The notes under the pieces are model-generated. The model worked only from the letters and a program-made list of their open reading frames with translations, had not been told where the DNA came from and ran no database searches. The position numbers and the translations under genes are program-made. Shown piece by piece: positions 27,941 through 36,214 of a DNA stretch of 53,840 bases; position 1 is the first letter of the stretch, and each line of letters starts with the position of its first letter. Source of the DNA: a virus (Duplodnaviria > Caudoviricetes); IMG/VR virus record IMGVR_UViG_3300032295_000430, positions 1 to 53,840 of that record; one strand, 5' to 3'.

Positions 27941-28089
27941 TTAACCACCTCGCATTTAAAGTCTTTGTCGCCAACATAAAAACCGCCTTGACGCTGACAC
28001 TCGGTTGCTATCGTTCCGTGTGCAAATGCCCACCCAAAAATCCCACCAACAAGCACAAGGAACCCAGCAGCCAAAAAGTTATCAATCAT
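27937..28089 (-). CDS. small membrane protein (MIDNFLAAGFLVLVGGIFGWAF…; not in the ORF track)
   Basis: 50 aa; ATGA-coupled; GGAG RBS. Confidence 0.6.
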   Translation of the reverse strand: MIDNFLAAGFLVLVGGIFGWAFAHGTIATECQRQGGFYVGDKDFKCEVVK

Positions 28090-28355
28090 TGTTGTTCTCC
28101 TGTAGCTTTGTCGATGGCGTCATCAATCGGTTTTAGCCATGCTGGAGGACGTTTAGCATCAAACCCACGCGAATCGTCATACCAACCAACGGCTGTTTCT
28201 CGCGCCAACTTCAACGCCTCCACCAACTCAGCATTCACCTCATGCAATCGGCGTAGTTTTGCGGCGGCTTTGTGGCGTAAAGCAAGTGATAACGGCTGCT
28301 GCTGGTCTTTGAGTCGCTTGGCTATGCTCAAGGCTTCGGGTTGTTTGTCAGTCAT
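28086..28355 (-). CDS. hypothetical protein (MTDKQPEAL…LRRLHEVNAELVEAL type)
   Basis: Common lambdoid accessory pattern. Confidence 0.7.
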   Translation of the reverse strand: MTDKQPEALSIAKRLKDQQQPLSLALRHKAAAKLRRLHEVNAELVEALKLARETAVGWYDDSRGFDAKRPPAWLKPIDDAIDKATGEQQ

Positions 28356-28534
28356 GGCATGAACTCCCATAGCTTTATAAATACGCCAATGTTTGCAAGA
28401 ACAAAGCCAATCATCACCATAAGCAATCCAACCCAGTCGGCAAGATTGTATGTTTTGGTGCTTTCATAAGGTGAGCCATAGGTTCTGACCAATAGCCAAC
28501 CAGTAATAAACATGGAAAATCCGATAGCAGTCAT
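28352..28534 (-). CDS. two-TM membrane protein
   Basis: 60 aa, hydrophobic. Confidence 0.6.
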   Translation of the reverse strand: MTAIGFSMFITGWLLVRTYGSPYESTKTYNLADWVGLLMVMIGFVLANIGVFIKLWEFMP

Positions 28535-28770
28535 GGCGCATATCCTGTTAATTGCGGCGCATCAAATGCTTTGCCAAACGTAATCTCTGTGGCATCCAGC
28601 ATCGTGTAAGAGCCAAGAATGTAATCCTCTGTCTTGCCGTGGCAGTGCGCCCGAAACAGCTTGCCGTCATAGTCTGGCAGGTACATGGAGTCCATCTTTT
28701 CCACCGGCTTGTTGCATACCGCACAGATGGGCAGCGCAAGCGTCAGGTTATACAAAGCAATCTCGTTCAC
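28531..28770 (-). CDS. hypothetical protein with CAVC…HCH putative metal site
   Basis: Coupled ORF. Confidence 0.6.
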   Translation of the reverse strand: MNEIALYNLTLALPICAVCNKPVEKMDSMYLPDYDGKLFRAHCHGKTEDYILGSYTMLDATEITFGKAFDAPQLTGYAP

Positions 28771-28997
28771 ATTGCCCCCTCAACATAGTTCCACTGCAAG
28801 CCCATCATTGCACCCATCATCTCAAGGCGCGTGGTTTTCTTAGTAGACGCAGAAAAACCGTGCAGTTCGTGATCGTCTGTAATGCCTACCGCTACAAACG
28901 CTTTGATACTGCCGTTGGCTATGGCTTCGCGCAGATCATCAACAACCTGCAACGCTTCTTCAGTGTCTACCTGCTTTGGAAATTCAACGATCTTCAT
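28767..28997 (-). CDS. hypothetical protein (MKIVEFPK…)
   Basis: Start taken at the internal ATG with GGGG RBS. Confidence 0.6.
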   Translation of the reverse strand: MKIVEFPKQVDTEEALQVVDDLREAIANGSIKAFVAVGITDDHELHGFSASTKKTTRLEMMGAMMGLQWNYVEGAM

Positions 28998-29199
28998 GAT
29001 TGCCCCTTGCGCGGATATGGTCAGCACAATCTTGCGCCCCAACAGAAAACATATAGCCTTTGGTTTTTACGTATCTATCCGCACGTTTTTCACACACCTT
29101 CGCACATTCCTCGCGCTCTAACGCCATGGCAAAATAAATGCGGTCTTTTAAATTTTGTTTGCCGGCAAGCGCCAGATTGATAATTTCTTCTGTGTTCAT
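28984..29199 (-). CDS. hypothetical EREECAK…IRARG protein
   Basis: Motif shared with the ORFs at 32582 and 39200. Confidence 0.65.
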   Translation of the reverse strand: MNTEEIINLALAGKQNLKDRIYFAMALEREECAKVCEKRADRYVKTKGYMFSVGAQDCADHIRARGNHEDR

Positions 29200-29366
29200 A
29201 ACTTATCCCAAGGTTTGTATACAGGATCAGCCTTTACCAAAAGTCGTGGCATTGTCAGCGCCTGCACGATCAGCGCATTTTGTTTGACTATGGCGTGATT
29301 GGTTTCCAGTACATCTCTCAGTAAAGCCGTAAAGTCATCGTGCTGTGTTTTTTCGTTGTCATTCAT
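29196..29366 (-). CDS. hypothetical protein (MNDNEKTQHDDF…; not in the ORF track)
   Basis: 56 aa; ATGA-coupled; flanked by a 12-bp direct repeat. Confidence 0.55.
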   Translation of the reverse strand: MNDNEKTQHDDFTALLRDVLETNHAIVKQNALIVQALTMPRLLVKADPVYKPWDKL

Positions 29367-29545
29367 AACTTATGCCCCCTCATCTGTCTGCACTGCTCCC
29401 TGTGCTTGCTGTCAAAGTCAGGACTAATCTCAGCCACGCCGCACATTAACTGTGGCTCCTCTGTTATGACCTTGCTGCCGTAGTACAGAGAGAACAAGGC
29501 TATGGCTATGTAAAAGGCAACTGCTATGATTTCAGGCGGCTTCAT
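29363..29545 (-). CDS. membrane-anchored protein with CGVAEISPDF…C motif
   Basis: N-terminal TM. Confidence 0.65.
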   Translation of the reverse strand: MKPPEIIAVAFYIAIALFSLYYGSKVITEEPQLMCGVAEISPDFDSKHREQCRQMRGHKL

Positions 29546-29640
29546 TCTTCATCTCCCATCATCAGGTAGATGCCCAGTGATATAACAATGACCATCAAGC
29601 CAAGGCCAGCGCCCACAAGTAGAATGCCGAAGGTCATCAT
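29542..29640 (-). CDS. tiny membrane peptide (MMTFGILLVGAGLG…)
   Basis: Coupled to both neighbours; 3' part of track ORF 29542..29772. Confidence 0.5.
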   Translation of the reverse strand: MMTFGILLVGAGLGLMVIVISLGIYLMMGDEE

Positions 29641-29864
29641 TTTGCAAAGATAGCAAGCGCCAAGATGCTGATGACAACCGTGCTGACGTAGGTGACGTTC
29701 TTCAGCCAGAACTTCCGCAGGAATTCCGGGTCGTTGATCAAGGCAACCTGCACTCTTTCCATATCGGGGCAATATTCCATGGGCTCACGCTCTTCATAGA
29801 ACTGACCAATCAAAACGCCGGTTGAGGTGCGGTAAGGGGTAATTTTCTTTTTTGACTCTTCCAT
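29637..29864 (-). CDS. hypothetical protein with C-terminal TM; first gene of the leftward operon
   Basis: GGAGG RBS; PYRTSTGVLIG motif. Confidence 0.7.
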   Translation of the reverse strand: MEESKKKITPYRTSTGVLIGQFYEEREPMEYCPDMERVQVALINDPEFLRKFWLKNVTYVSTVVISILALAIFAK

Positions 29865-29891
29865 TTGTCTAACCTCCAGTTAAGTATTCAC

Positions 29892-29920
29892 ACAATACAA
29901 CATTTAATTGGGCATTACAA
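29892..29920 (-). promoter_or_regulatory. leftward sigma70-like promoter
   Basis: TTGTAA-17 nt-TATTGT on the minus strand. Confidence 0.5.
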
Positions 29921-29924
29921 GTTC

Positions 29925-29953
29925 TTGCGCAATTATTTTTATCGTGGTTTAAT
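29925..29953 (+). promoter_or_regulatory. rightward sigma70-like promoter
   Basis: TTGCGC-17 nt-TTTAAT. Confidence 0.5.
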
Positions 29954-29975
29954 TGGGGCTTCAAAAGGATACATC

Positions 29976-30176
29976 ATGAACTTACAAGAATACTTTGCTT
30001 CTCAACCCCGAGGTGCCAAGACGGCTATGGCTTATGCGTTGAACATCAGCAAGACTTGGCTGTCTTTGATCGTGTCTGGCAAGGAGCTCCCGAGCCCTGC
30101 GCTGGCGGTCGCCATTAGTGCTTATACCAAAAACAAGGTCAGCAGAAAAACCTTGCGTGCCGACATTTTCGGCTAG
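29976..30176 (+). CDS. Cro-like / YdaS-type HTH regulator
   Basis: MNLQEYF…KTAMAYALNISKTWLSLIVSG…PSPALAVAI…VSRKTLRADIF; ATG 29976. Confidence 0.8.
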   Translation: MNLQEYFASQPRGAKTAMAYALNISKTWLSLIVSGKELPSPALAVAISAYTKNKVSRKTLRADIFG

Positions 30177-30186
30177 TATGATTATC

Positions 30187-30243
30187 GGGAACAGCTAGGG
30201 TAGCTCCTGAAAAGCCGATTCGTTACCGGCCTGCTGCGTCCCA
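30187..30243 (+). ncRNA. C4-like antisense RNA
   Basis: GCTAGGGTAGCTCCTGAAAAG-CCG…CGG-CCTGC resembles the recalled C4 antisense RNA consensus; loop TCGTTAC is complementary to downstream GTAACGA. Confidence 0.65.
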
Positions 30244-30275
30244 CCTATTTTGTAACGAGCCAATAACGTGAGGCT

Positions 30276-30944
30276 ATGATGCATTATTACCAATTCAACA
30301 TTGGCGACTACGCCAGCCATACCAGACATTTAACTTTGCTTGAGGATCTTGCATACCGCAGGCTTCTTGATGCTTACTATTTGCAAGAGCGCCCGTTGAA
30401 CACCGGTGTAACGTCCGTTGCTCGTCAGATCAACATGCGTGACCATGAAGCTGAGGTAAAAGCGGTGCTTGAGGAGTTCTTTGAGCTCACAGATGATGGT
30501 TGGGTCAGCCGTCGGGCGGATCGGGAAATTGAGCATTTCCAAGCTAAAAAAGAGCAAGCATCAAGAGCCGGTAAGGCATCCGCTCAACGGAGGAGCAACG
30601 CCCGTTCAACGGACGTTCAACCAACCAATAACCAAGAACCAATAACCAATGTAGAGGCAAAACCAAAGCAGTCTCGTGGAACTCGACTGCCTGCTGACTG
30701 GGTTGCTTCGGAAGACCAGATTGCATTTTGCAAAACAGATCGGCCTGACCTAAACCCGACCGCTGTTGCTGACCGCTTTAAAGACTTCTGGATTGCGCAG
30801 CCCGGCACGAAGGGCGTAAAGCTTGACTGGGACGCAACGTGGCGGAACTGGGTGCGTAACGAAAAGGCTGGTGGTGGAACCAAAGCTGCCTCCAAACCGA
30901 CAGCCGTGCCCGACTGGGCTCCAAAACGGGCTACAGGAGCATGA
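30276..30944 (+). CDS. replication initiator, DUF1376 (YdaU) family
   Basis: MHYYQFNIGDYASHTRHLTLLEDLAYRRLLDAYY; C-terminal RLPADW…FKDFW…DWDATWRNWVRN. Confidence 0.85.
   Translation: MMHYYQFNIGDYASHTRHLTLLEDLAYRRLLDAYYLQERPLNTGVTSVARQINMRDHEAEVKAVLEEFFELTDDGWVSRRADREIEHFQAKKEQASRAGKASAQRRSNARSTDVQPTNNQEPITNVEAKPKQSRGTRLPADWVASEDQIAFCKTDRPDLNPTAVADRFKDFWIAQPGTKGVKLDWDATWRNWVRNEKAGGGTKAASKPTAVPDWAPKRATGA
30582..30650. other. putative replication origin (iteron-like repeats inside the initiator gene)
   Basis: TCAACGG/CGTTCAAC repeats followed by AACCAATAACCAAGAACCAATAACCAA. Confidence 0.45.
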
Positions 30945-31288
30945 GAGGCCATCAAGCACTCCTGACTATGCGGCGCGAGAAAAAACGCCCACAGGGCGTC
31001 TGGATCAGCCACAGACCGTCTCCTGACTGCATGACTTGGCATCTGGCGGCAGATACCTTGCCTTACCCGGAGATCGAGATCCTGCCGACAGAGAACCCGG
31101 AGGTTCTGGATCTGCGGTTTGTGGTGGGTCTGACGGTGCACGTATCGGGTTGTGATGATTACAAAGTTGCAAAGAAGCTGCACGACGCGCTTAAGCAGGC
31201 GGCAGCAAGAAGGGTGATCACTGTTGTGGGTGATCATGTGATTATTGATAGCGAAACTGGCGAATGGAATGACTATGTACCTGAGTGA
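30941..31288 (+). CDS. hypothetical protein (DLRFVVGLTVHVSG motif)
   Basis: Coupled, between initiator and helicase. Confidence 0.7.
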   Translation: MRGHQALLTMRREKKRPQGVWISHRPSPDCMTWHLAADTLPYPEIEILPTENPEVLDLRFVVGLTVHVSGCDDYKVAKKLHDALKQAAARRVITVVGDHVIIDSETGEWNDYVPE

Positions 31289-32225
31289 TGACGATATTGA
31301 TTTTGACGCCTACCTGTCGATGACAGACCATGAGGCGAAGGTTAAGGAAGCCCGAGTCTGGGTGGACGAGCTTGAGGAGGAGTTGGTCAATCCTCCGGTG
31401 GATCGATCTGTCTTGTTGCCGTGGGGCACGACGATTGACAGCTTTGCCTTCCGTCCCGGCGAGGTCACTGTCTGGGCTGGCAGCAATGGCTCCGGCAAGT
31501 CTCTGATGACCGGGCAGGTTGCCTTGGGGCTCATGAAGCAGAACCAGAAGATCTGCATAGCCAGCTTTGAGATGAAGCCGAAGATCACCCTGAAGCGGAT
31601 GATCAGACAGTTTGCCGGCAAGTCGCTGGAATCCAACAACTATGTCCAGACGCCTGATGCCCAGAAGCGGGATGCCTACGGTCGGTTCAAGATCTTCGTG
31701 GACAAGAAGCTGTACCTGTACGACCAGCAGGGCACGGTCAACGCTCAGATGATCGAGGCGGTCTGCCACCACTGCGCGACTAAGCTGGGTGTGCAACATG
31801 TGTTCATCGACAGCCTGATGAAGTGCGTGCCGGGTGAAGACTCGTATAACGATCAGAAGAACTTTGTGGACAAGCTGACGGCCATTGCTCGAGATCAGGA
31901 CATCCACATCCATTTGGTGCACCACATCAGAAAGCTTGCTAGCGAAGAGGTGCGGCCAAGCAAGTCAGATCTGCGGGGCTCGTCATCGATCACGGATCAG
32001 GTGGACAATGTTTTGATCCTGTGGAGAAACAAGAAGAAGCAGCATAGCATGGAGCGTGGTGAGGATGTAGATCCGATGACACCTGACGCATACTTGATGT
32101 GCGAGAAGCAGCGTAATGGTGAGCGTGAGCCATGGTTTGAATTTTACTTTCATAACGACAGCCAGCAGTTCATCGACAAGTTTAACGGACTACCATTGGC
32201 TTTTGATCAGAAGGGTGATTTTTGA
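31269..32225 (+). CDS. DnaB-like SF4 replicative helicase
   Basis: FRPGEVTVWAGSNGSGKS Walker A; SFEM; VFIDSL; LVHHIRK; DLRGSSSITDQVDNV; EKQRNG. Confidence 0.9.
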   Translation: MTMYLSDDDIDFDAYLSMTDHEAKVKEARVWVDELEEELVNPPVDRSVLLPWGTTIDSFAFRPGEVTVWAGSNGSGKSLMTGQVALGLMKQNQKICIASFEMKPKITLKRMIRQFAGKSLESNNYVQTPDAQKRDAYGRFKIFVDKKLYLYDQQGTVNAQMIEAVCHHCATKLGVQHVFIDSLMKCVPGEDSYNDQKNFVDKLTAIARDQDIHIHLVHHIRKLASEEVRPSKSDLRGSSSITDQVDNVLILWRNKKKQHSMERGEDVDPMTPDAYLMCEKQRNGEREPWFEFYFHNDSQQFIDKFNGLPLAFDQKGDF

Positions 32226-32413
32226 AAAATGTACCAACAGAAATATGGCGTTCTCTCGTCAGCGAAGTTATCAGAATGCGGATTAAAGACAGAAACAAAG
32301 CTCATGACTTTTTGCGAATGTGGGAAAAAAATCATGATGATTCAGCGCTCAGGGATGCTGTCAAAGATCAGTGGGCGAAGGGCAACCGGGGTGAGAAAGG
32401 GGACTGGAAATAA
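32222..32413 (+). CDS. hypothetical protein (QWAKGNRG…W)
   Basis: Coupled. Confidence 0.65.
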   Translation: MKNVPTEIWRSLVSEVIRMRIKDRNKAHDFLRMWEKNHDDSALRDAVKDQWAKGNRGEKGDWK

Positions 32414-32598
32414 TGGAATGGGCAATAGCTTGGTTTCTGGTGATATACCAAAATAACTTCATCACATATTCACCGCCTTTTGCAACAAAGAAAGATTGTG
32501 AGTTAATGTATGACGTTGCAAAACAATTAAATCAAAATTTGCGTGCAACCTGTGCGCAGGTTGACATAGCGAGGGTGACAAATGAGCGAGTTAAGTAA
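32413..32598 (+). CDS. small exported-like protein with two Cys
   Basis: Hydrophobic N-terminus; FATKKDC…ATC. Confidence 0.55.
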   Translation: MEWAIAWFLVIYQNNFITYSPPFATKKDCELMYDVAKQLNQNLRATCAQVDIARVTNERVK

Positions 32599-32872
32599 TT
32601 TTCAAAAGCAGTTCTTGGCAAGTAGTGGCACGGTACAGGTCTTCACACAAAAAGAATTTGATGAGGCTCTGGTGCTGGCAAAGGCTGAGATCATGACGGT
32701 AGCGATTGAGACCACGAAGCAGGCAATTTTTATTGAGCGTGAAGAGTGCGCAAAGATTGCCGAGCAAATTGAGCGCGAAAGGTTTGATGCTGTTGGCGAC
32801 CCAAGGGTTCCTGAATTTAAGCCTCAAATTGCTGAAGCCATTCGCAACCGAATACCAGTGCAACGGCAATGA
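32582..32872 (+). CDS. hypothetical EREECAK…AIRNR protein
   Basis: GAGG RBS. Confidence 0.65.
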   Translation: MSELSNFQKQFLASSGTVQVFTQKEFDEALVLAKAEIMTVAIETTKQAIFIEREECAKIAEQIERERFDAVGDPRVPEFKPQIAEAIRNRIPVQRQ

Positions 32873-33330
32873 CCATTTGGATTGGAATTGATCCCGGCCT
32901 AAGGACTGGGGCGATTGGGGCGGTAGACCACCATGGCGGATTTGTTGGTGCGTACGATATACCTGCAATCAATGACAAGATTGATTCTAAAGCGCTGAAG
33001 CAATTGATTCTTGACTTGACCGTACCGGGAGATGATTATGCGATCTGTATTGAGCAGGTGGGCGTCATGCCCAAACAAGGGCTTGTTAGCAGTGGGCGTT
33101 TTATGCGTGCCTTTGGTTCTATTGGCGCTGTTGCTGAACTCTCTGCTGATCGGGTGTTTTACGTTATACCTCAAGTATGGAAAAAAGCCATGAACCTAAA
33201 CTCAGAGAAAGAACGATCACTTGCTGCAGCACGGATTGCTTTCCCGCAGGCGAAGCTTTTATTGAAGAAGGATCACGGCAAGGCTGAAGCTTTACTGATA
33301 GCGGAATATGCGAGGAGGACTTTCTCATGA
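32869..33330 (+). CDS. RuvC-like Holliday junction resolvase
   Basis: IGIDPG; CIEQV; PQVWKK; DHGKAEALLIA. Confidence 0.85.
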   Translation: MTIWIGIDPGLRTGAIGAVDHHGGFVGAYDIPAINDKIDSKALKQLILDLTVPGDDYAICIEQVGVMPKQGLVSSGRFMRAFGSIGAVAELSADRVFYVIPQVWKKAMNLNSEKERSLAAARIAFPQAKLLLKKDHGKAEALLIAEYARRTFS

Positions 33331-33512
33331 GTATGTTTGACACAGAAGAACAGATGCGGTGTGCGTTTGCTGCGTTTGCTTTGCAGGGATTGATGGCTGC
33401 AGTAGACCCAGAGATACTGGAGAGCGAACACAACCGTAGGTTCATTGCTGAGGCTGCATTCGATATGGCCGACATGATGATGGGGGTCAGAGGTGCAAGC
33501 ACTAGACACTGA
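33327..33512 (+). CDS. hypothetical protein (FAAFALQGLMA…AFDMADMM)
   Basis: GAGGAGG RBS; common phage pattern. Confidence 0.7.
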   Translation: MSMFDTEEQMRCAFAAFALQGLMAAVDPEILESEHNRRFIAEAAFDMADMMMGVRGASTRH

Positions 33513-33696
33513 GATCTATCAGGCATTTATGCGCGGCGAGTCCATCGGCGCAATTGCAAAGAAAAACAAAATGGACAAAGGGCAGGTGAGGAGGATAGTC
33601 AATCGTGTCGTTGAAGAACGTAGCATCGGAACCGAGGTTGTGCACCAATTGCAGGGTAAGGAAGCCGACAAAGAACGGCGGGTACAAGGTGATTGA
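33493..33696 (+). CDS. small HTH protein
   Basis: GESIGAIAKKNKMDKGQVRRIV. Confidence 0.55.
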   Translation: MQALDTEIYQAFMRGESIGAIAKKNKMDKGQVRRIVNRVVEERSIGTEVVHQLQGKEADKERRVQGD

Positions 33697-33775
33697 GAAC
33701 GGCATGCGTCAACGTTGGGTGTGTGGCGACTGCAAACCAAAGATGGAATTGAAGGGGGAATTCAATGGAACGTGA
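33605..33775 (+). CDS. putative Zn-ribbon protein (not in the ORF track)
   Basis: GTG start after GAGGAGG; LCTNC…RWVCGDC; overlaps the upstream ORF. Confidence 0.45.
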   Translation: MSLKNVASEPRLCTNCRVRKPTKNGGYKVIENGMRQRWVCGDCKPKMELKGEFNGT

Positions 33776-34097
33776 TATTGATCCGCACCGGGCGGTCGAT
33801 TACATCCGGGACAATGGAAAGTTTTATGCCAAGGCCAAGGCTGACCGGATCTACATGGAAGAGTACCGCAAGAGCCTGAAGGCAATCCTGATGAAGCGGT
33901 CGATGGAGACTGCTGTCAATGCGCAGGAGCGCGAGGCGTACAGTCACCCGGAGTATGTTCAGCTACTGGAGGGGCTCAGGGAGGCCGTAGAGGCCGAAGA
34001 GAAGCTCCGTTGGGACATGGTGGCAGCACAGGCTAGGGTTGAGGTCTGGCGCTCACAGGAGGCCACCAATCGGGTTGAGGGCAAAGTCACCCTATGA
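33765..34097 (+). CDS. conserved helical protein (AQEREAYSHPEY)
   Basis: 110 aa coiled coil; possibly recombination-mediator-like. Confidence 0.65.
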   Translation: MERDIDPHRAVDYIRDNGKFYAKAKADRIYMEEYRKSLKAILMKRSMETAVNAQEREAYSHPEYVQLLEGLREAVEAEEKLRWDMVAAQARVEVWRSQEATNRVEGKVTL

Positions 34098-34387
34098 ACA
34101 ACAAGCTGACGGCGGCTGACCGCAAACATTTGGCGCGGGTTAAGAGCCTACCGTGTAGCGTCTGCAACGCACCGCCGCCAAGCTCCGCCCACCACATCAA
34201 TCAGGGCCAGCAGTACACCACGGTAGCGCTCTGCTATGACTGCCATCAGGGCAGCTTCATGGGCTGGCACGGCCAGAAGCGGGCATGGGCTATCCGCAAG
34301 ATGGACGAGCTCGACGCCCTGAACGTCACCATCCAGCGCCTGCTGACCGATGGGTTGCCACTTGAGCAAGAAGAAAAAATATTTTAA
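34094..34387 (+). CDS. HNH-like Zn-binding nuclease (Ref/DUF968-like)
   Basis: LPCSVC…AHHI…ALCYDCH…GWH. Confidence 0.7.
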   Translation: MNNKLTAADRKHLARVKSLPCSVCNAPPPSSAHHINQGQQYTTVALCYDCHQGSFMGWHGQKRAWAIRKMDELDALNVTIQRLLTDGLPLEQEEKIF

Positions 34388-34395
34388 TAAAGTAG

Positions 34396-34425
34396 TTGAC
34401 AAGTCGTTTAAGTCAGGATTAAACT
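34396..34425 (+). promoter_or_regulatory. strong sigma70 promoter
   Basis: TTGACA-18 nt-TAAACT with an AT-rich UP element. Confidence 0.7.
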
Positions 34426-34471
34426 CTGTTCACGGTCGATCAAGACCGGATGCGAACTAGGAGAACTGACC

Positions 34472-34780
34472 ATGAAAGCAAACGACATTTCCCTGACCCA
34501 AGTTGACGTACTGGGTAACCTGCTGGCTCAAATCGCCGATCTGACCAAGCAGGCAGATGCTATCAAAGACGGCATCAAAGAAGCCGGCGCTGACGGCCTA
34601 CTGGAAGTTAACGATAAGGGTGTCCGCTTCATCGACGGCAATCTTTTCCGTGCCACTTACACCGAATCCAATCGCTCGACGTTTGACAGCAAAAAATTCA
34701 TCGAGGACTTCGGCGCTGACGTTTACGCCAAGTACACCAAGACCTCTGCGGTCTTCACCGTCAAAGTCACTTCACGTTAA
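34472..34780 (+). CDS. hypothetical early protein
   Basis: AGGAG RBS; conserved leader. Confidence 0.8.
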   Translation: MKANDISLTQVDVLGNLLAQIADLTKQADAIKDGIKEAGADGLLEVNDKGVRFIDGNLFRATYTESNRSTFDSKKFIEDFGADVYAKYTKTSAVFTVKVTSR

Positions 34781-34793
34781 TCGGGTGCAACAA

Positions 34794-35363
34794 ATGAAAC
34801 ATGAACATTTGCCTGCGCTCAATAAGTACACATCGCCTAACCAATACGCGGCGTTGCAGGAGGTAGAGTCAGAGGGTTCGCTTTTCAGCTTATTGACGCA
34901 AGGGCGCATGGGTACGACGATAGGTGCGCTAATCCGCAGTGCGTGGATTGATTCTGAGGTCATCAAGAGTGATGAGGGTGTGACAAGCGAAAGGTGGTAT
35001 GTCACAGAGGCTGGCAAGCACGCCATGCAGCTATACGAGATTAAACAAGAGCAGGACAAAAAGAAGGCCGAAGCGGAAGCAGAGTGCCGACGCATATGGG
35101 AACAACAAAGGCAGCAGCAAGTGGCGCTGGAGAAGGAAGCGCTGGAGTTGCTGGATCAATACTACAAACGTGTGAAAGCAATGAAGGAAGAGCTGGAGGG
35201 GGAATGGAAAAACATAACCACGGTAGCGGCCAAGGGCAGCATTGATCAGTACAAGTGGTCGCGCATGATCAGCTTAGCCAAAGAGCGAAACGGTATGAAC
35301 GAACCAAATAAATGGAATGGCAGTTGGGTAAATGCTAGGCGCGAACGAGACAACGATTGGTAA
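34794..35363 (+). CDS. hypothetical protein (winged-helix-like N-terminus plus coiled coil)
   Basis: WYVTEAGK; ATG 34794. Confidence 0.65.
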   Translation: MKHEHLPALNKYTSPNQYAALQEVESEGSLFSLLTQGRMGTTIGALIRSAWIDSEVIKSDEGVTSERWYVTEAGKHAMQLYEIKQEQDKKKAEAEAECRRIWEQQRQQQVALEKEALELLDQYYKRVKAMKEELEGEWKNITTVAAKGSIDQYKWSRMISLAKERNGMNEPNKWNGSWVNARRERDNDW

Positions 35364-35394
35364 AAATTAATTTATAAACAACGAGGAGAAAATT

Positions 35395-35544
35395 ATGGGC
35401 TGGGTTATTGGTATAGGTTGTTTTGCTGCGTGGCTGACGCATATCTTCACCTGCTTTGCAGAGGGGCTCTGGGGCTTCCTGATTGCCGGGGCTATCATGT
35501 TCCCCATTGGGATCCTGCACGGCTTCTACCTGTGGTTCCGCTGA
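35395..35544 (+). CDS. small membrane protein (MGWVIGIGCFAAWLTHIFTC…; not in the ORF track)
   Basis: 49 aa; GAGGAG RBS. Confidence 0.7.
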   Translation: MGWVIGIGCFAAWLTHIFTCFAEGLWGFLIAGAIMFPIGILHGFYLWFR

Positions 35545-35646
35545 TGGACGTTGATGACATCGTTTGGGTCTGCTGCATCTTGATGGCGTGCTTTGTTGCT
35601 GTTTTGTTAGCGGCAGGAGTTATTTAAATTATTTTGCTTTGGGGTG

Positions 35647-35675
35647 TTGACACCCATGATTGTTTAACCTAAGAT
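35647..35675 (+). promoter_or_regulatory. strong sigma70 promoter
   Basis: TTGACA-17 nt-TAAGAT. Confidence 0.75.
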
Positions 35676-35720
35676 TACATCACTGACACGTTAGTCAGGA
35701 TGCGAAAAGGAGAACTGACC

Positions 35721-36170
35721 ATGTTGCACTTTCAAGTAAACGCCAATAAAGAAGTTGTACAAGTCGCCGCTGAGTTGCCACAGGGCGATAAGCAGTGGGT
35801 ATCGACCAGCGCAGACGGCTCCGGCTGGATGAGCCGCCGCGACATCAACTCGATGGATGACGCTGGCAAGCTGGCTCAGTCGGCCACAGAGGCCACAGGC
35901 AAGCTGTACCTGCCCGTTGATGCTGGTAGCGGTGTCTGGCCTCGTTTTGACGTTATCGAGGCTCCTGCGGTCGGTGACGAGGTTTCCTACGCTTTCAATG
36001 GCGACTACTATCCTTGCGGCACCATCAAATCCATCAGCGCCAGCTTCCGCCTGATCACCACCACCGAAGGCCAGAAGTTCTACCGCCGCCGTGAGTCAGC
36101 ATGCTGGAAGTACAACGGTGTCTGGTCAATGGTTGACGGCCACCGCAGCGAATTGAACCCAAGCTTCTGA
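35721..36170 (+). CDS. hypothetical early protein
   Basis: ATG 35721 after AGGAG; ends LNPSF. Confidence 0.8.
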   Translation: MLHFQVNANKEVVQVAAELPQGDKQWVSTSADGSGWMSRRDINSMDDAGKLAQSATEATGKLYLPVDAGSGVWPRFDVIEAPAVGDEVSYAFNGDYYPCGTIKSISASFRLITTTEGQKFYRRRESACWKYNGVWSMVDGHRSELNPSF

Positions 36171-36177
36171 TCAACCC

Positions 36178-36199
36178 GCCCGGCCAAGCGCCGGGCTTT
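36178..36199 (+). terminator. GC hairpin with a short U-tail (weak terminator or processing site)
   Basis: GCCCGGC-CAAGC-GCCGGGC-TTT. Confidence 0.4.
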
Positions 36200-36214
36200 A
36201 CCGGAGAACTGACC

